Part shown: positions 22,252 through 24,000 of the stretch, in pieces
Layout: every line of letters starts with the position of its first letter
Position numbering within the stretch: the first letter of the stretch is position 1
Assembly (NCBI RefSeq): GCF_018336915.1
Contig: NZ_CP064923.1
Span: 2,380,701 to 2,404,700, forward strand
Direction of reading: 5' to 3'
DNA length: 24,000 bases
DNA from: Acaryochloris marina S15
GTDB lineage: Bacteria; Cyanobacteriota; Cyanobacteriia; Thermosynechococcales; Thermosynechococcaceae
Notes under the pieces: generated by a model
Seen by the model: the letters and a program-made list of their open reading frames with translations, nothing else
The model's database searches: none
What the model was told of the DNA's origin: nothing
Program-made: the position numbers and the translations under genes

Positions 22252-24000
22252 CTAGGCTAAGAGTTGATGGATGGTGAGGTTTAATTGCTCCCCGTCAATG
22301 GGCTTTTTGAGCATGGGCACAATGGCTAAGTCTTCTGGAAGCGTGAATTTGGAATTGTAGCCCGTCGTAAACATGAAGGGGATTCGTCGCCGGATTAGTT
22401 CTCTGGCGATGTCAAAGCTATTTTCTTCCTTGAGGTTGATGTCTAAGATACCCAAGATGTATGTTTCCTGGGCTAAAAGTTTAATGGCCTGTTTGACTCT
22501 GGGGGCTGTATCGATGTCGTTAAATCCCAAAGACTCTAGAAGATTCTCCATTTCGAGGGCCAGTAACATGTTGTCTTCAACGATCAGAACATGACCAGGG
22601 GCAAGGTCTGGTTCTTCCTCGCTCTGGAAGGCGGGCATTGGCGTAGAAGACACTTCCGGTTGGTCATCTTGGAAGAGGATCAGGTGAGCAGGCAGCCAAA
22701 AATTGACTTGAACCCCTGTTCTGGGGAAGCGCAGCGTGGCCTCTCCTTCAAACTCAAACGGGATCGCCCGCTCGATTAACGTCCGTCCAAACCCTTTACG
22801 TTTAGGTGGAAAGACGGTCGGTCCATCAGATTCCTTCCAATAAATGGCCAGTCCTCCATCCTGTTCTTTCCAACGGACATCAACTTTACCTGCAGAAACG
22901 GATAAGGCTCCATACTTGGCAGAATTAGTAATCAGTTCATGAATGACTAGGGCAAACATGGGGACAAAGTTGGCTTTTAGACCTGCTTCTGGACCCGAGA
23001 GACTGACTTGATGTTCTGATTCCCCCAGGTAAGGACGGAGTTCTGTCATTACCAAGTTTTGGAGACTGGGCCACTCCAGACCATGTCCAGCCACCAAATC
23101 ATGGGCATGGGCTAGGGCTGCAATGCGGCGATCTAAGAGCAGGGTATATTCTTCAATGGAAGTAGTGGAGTGACGGGTTTGGCGAGAGATGGATCGGATT
23201 AAGGCCAGAATATTTTTGACCCGGTGGTTGAGTTCCGCAATGAGGAGATCTTGTTGTCGCCGTTGTCTTAACCATTCTTGTTGCTGAACCTCTCCTTGAC
23301 TGATGGCTAACTGCATTAGCCCAGTGCGGAGTTCTAGGGCGACTTCTGTTTCGAGGACTGACCAAGGTTTGCATTGGCCTGCTATCTTTTCTCGATACTC
23401 TGCAAAGGAGGTGCGAGGGCGTAATCGGGGTCCATTAGCCCCTTCGACAATCTCTTTTTCTGGCGATCCTGCCCATCGGACTTCATAGATCATTTCATGG
23501 CGAAAGAAAATGACGAAGACGTCGTCGCTGGGGGCTATGCCTAGACAGAGAGCACCTGCGGTTTTACCCAATTGAGTGGTACTAAGGCGGTTGAGTTGGG
23601 ATAGGTTTTCCAGGGGGATTAGATCAGGGCAGGGATGGGTTTGAACCTGATGGACTAGTTCTCTGATGATGCCATGAGTGGGAACGTCTCCATAGGTTTG
23701 AATTTCTTGCTTGGCAATAACCGCCAGACCCTGGGCAGAGAGCATGGAACAGAGTTGTTCTCCTAAGGCTTGTACGGTTTGCGTAAACCGGCCGCTACTC
23801 GTCAATTTTTGGACGAATTGGGAGATGGCTGAAGTGGTGCGTTTACGGGTGTTGAACCGCTCTTCTTCCAGGACCAACTGGAATTTGAGGGAAAAAAGTT
23901 GGCCAAATAGATCGCAGGTGGATCGGTAATCAGGGGATAGTAATTTGACACTCTTGTGATGGAAGGCAAACAGCCCCCATAGCTGTCTCCGAACAATAAT
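22252..24000 (-). CDS. Phytochrome-type photoreceptor: (GAF end)-PHY-HWE histidine kinase-receiver hybrid, 5' end beyond window
   Basis: The frame stays open from 23877 to 24000. My translation of 24000-23878 is IIVRRQLWGLFAFHHKSVKLLSPDYRSTCDLFGQLFSLKFQ, which is the LWGL-x-x-x-HH...R-x-x-C-(E/D)-x-(F/L) end of a phytochrome GAF domain. The PHY end is FFRHEMIYEVRWAGSPEK. The HWE/HisKA_2 H-box is ELNHRVKNILALIRSI. HELITNSAKYG and WKESDGP are present. The C-terminal REC has VEDN, ILDINL, FTTGY and LKKP. Confidence 0.85.
   Translation of the reverse strand: MIVRRQLWGLFAFHHKSVKLLSPDYRSTCDLFGQLFSLKFQLVLEEERFNTRKRTTSAISQFVQKLTSSGRFTQTVQALGEQLCSMLSAQGLAVIAKQEIQTYGDVPTHGIIRELVHQVQTHPCPDLIPLENLSQLNRLSTTQLGKTAGALCLGIAPSDDVFVIFFRHEMIYEVRWAGSPEKEIVEGANGPRLRPRTSFAEYREKIAGQCKPWSVLETEVALELRTGLMQLAISQGEVQQQEWLRQRRQQDLLIAELNHRVKNILALIRSISRQTRHSTTSIEEYTLLLDRRIAALAHAHDLVAGHGLEWPSLQNLVMTELRPYLGESEHQVSLSGPEAGLKANFVPMFALVIHELITNSAKYGALSVSAGKVDVRWKEQDGGLAIYWKESDGPTVFPPKRKGFGRTLIERAIPFEFEGEATLRFPRTGVQVNFWLPAHLILFQDDQPEVSSTPMPAFQSEEEPDLAPGHVLIVEDNMLLALEMENLLESLGFNDIDTAPRVKQAIKLLAQETYILGILDINLKEENSFDIARELIRRRIPFMFTTGYNSKFTLPEDLAIVPMLKKPIDGEQLNLTIHQLLA

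Noticed and set aside
22252-23877. The TTG at 23877 as the start of the 541-aa kinase
   Set aside because: The frame remains open to the window edge, and the upstream 41 codons encode a conserved phytochrome GAF-domain end. The gene is 5'-truncated by the window.
1-24000. Genomic-island or mobile-element boundaries (integrase, transposase, tRNA attachment site, flanking direct repeats)
   Set aside because: None is found in the window. The only candidate boundary is the AT-rich gap at 11083-11887, which has no terminal-repeat partner visible here.

Overview
This is a cyanobacterial chromosomal window. The HU protein is of the cyanobacterial type, and there are six perfect HIP1 octamers (GCGATCGC) in 24 kb. 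The left 11 kb is entirely on the minus strand and encodes the inner tube/spike half of a phage-tail-like contractile injection system (CIS/eCIS-like). The gene order is: small ORF, gp19-like tube protein, a 2421-aa low-complexity giant ORF in the tape-measure position, a LysM-less Afp7-like tube initiator, a VgrG spike, and a DUF4280 PAAR-like tip that runs off the left edge. The window contains no sheath, baseplate-wedge, AAA+ or cap gene, and no capsid, integrase or transposase gene. The giant ORF is the main curiosity. It is almost entirely Ser/Pro/Gln/Thr/Glu-rich sequence punctuated by recurring short motifs: IQ and [ILV]QR peptides, four basic amphipathic islands spaced about 200-220 aa apart, and a duplicated 24-aa RRVIEI block. 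It ends in a helix motif, IY-x9-[EQ]RER-x(1,2)-GG. The small ORF that opens the operon ends in the same motif. The rest of the window looks like ordinary chromosome: hup, a cobD-like decarboxylase, a degenerate pyridine-nucleotide-disulfide-oxidoreductase-like protein, a Xi-class GST (CPWA motif), a DUF360 membrane protein, a hypothetical protein, a divergent EamA transporter/MarR pair with tandem operator-like palindromes, and a two-component cluster. That cluster has a TM-3xPAS histidine kinase with an Rcp-like receiver, convergent with a lone receiver and a phytochrome-type HWE kinase-receiver hybrid. The hybrid's reading frame stays open past the right edge, so the ORF-track start at 23877 is an artefact. 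I found no rRNA, tRNA or CRISPR array.
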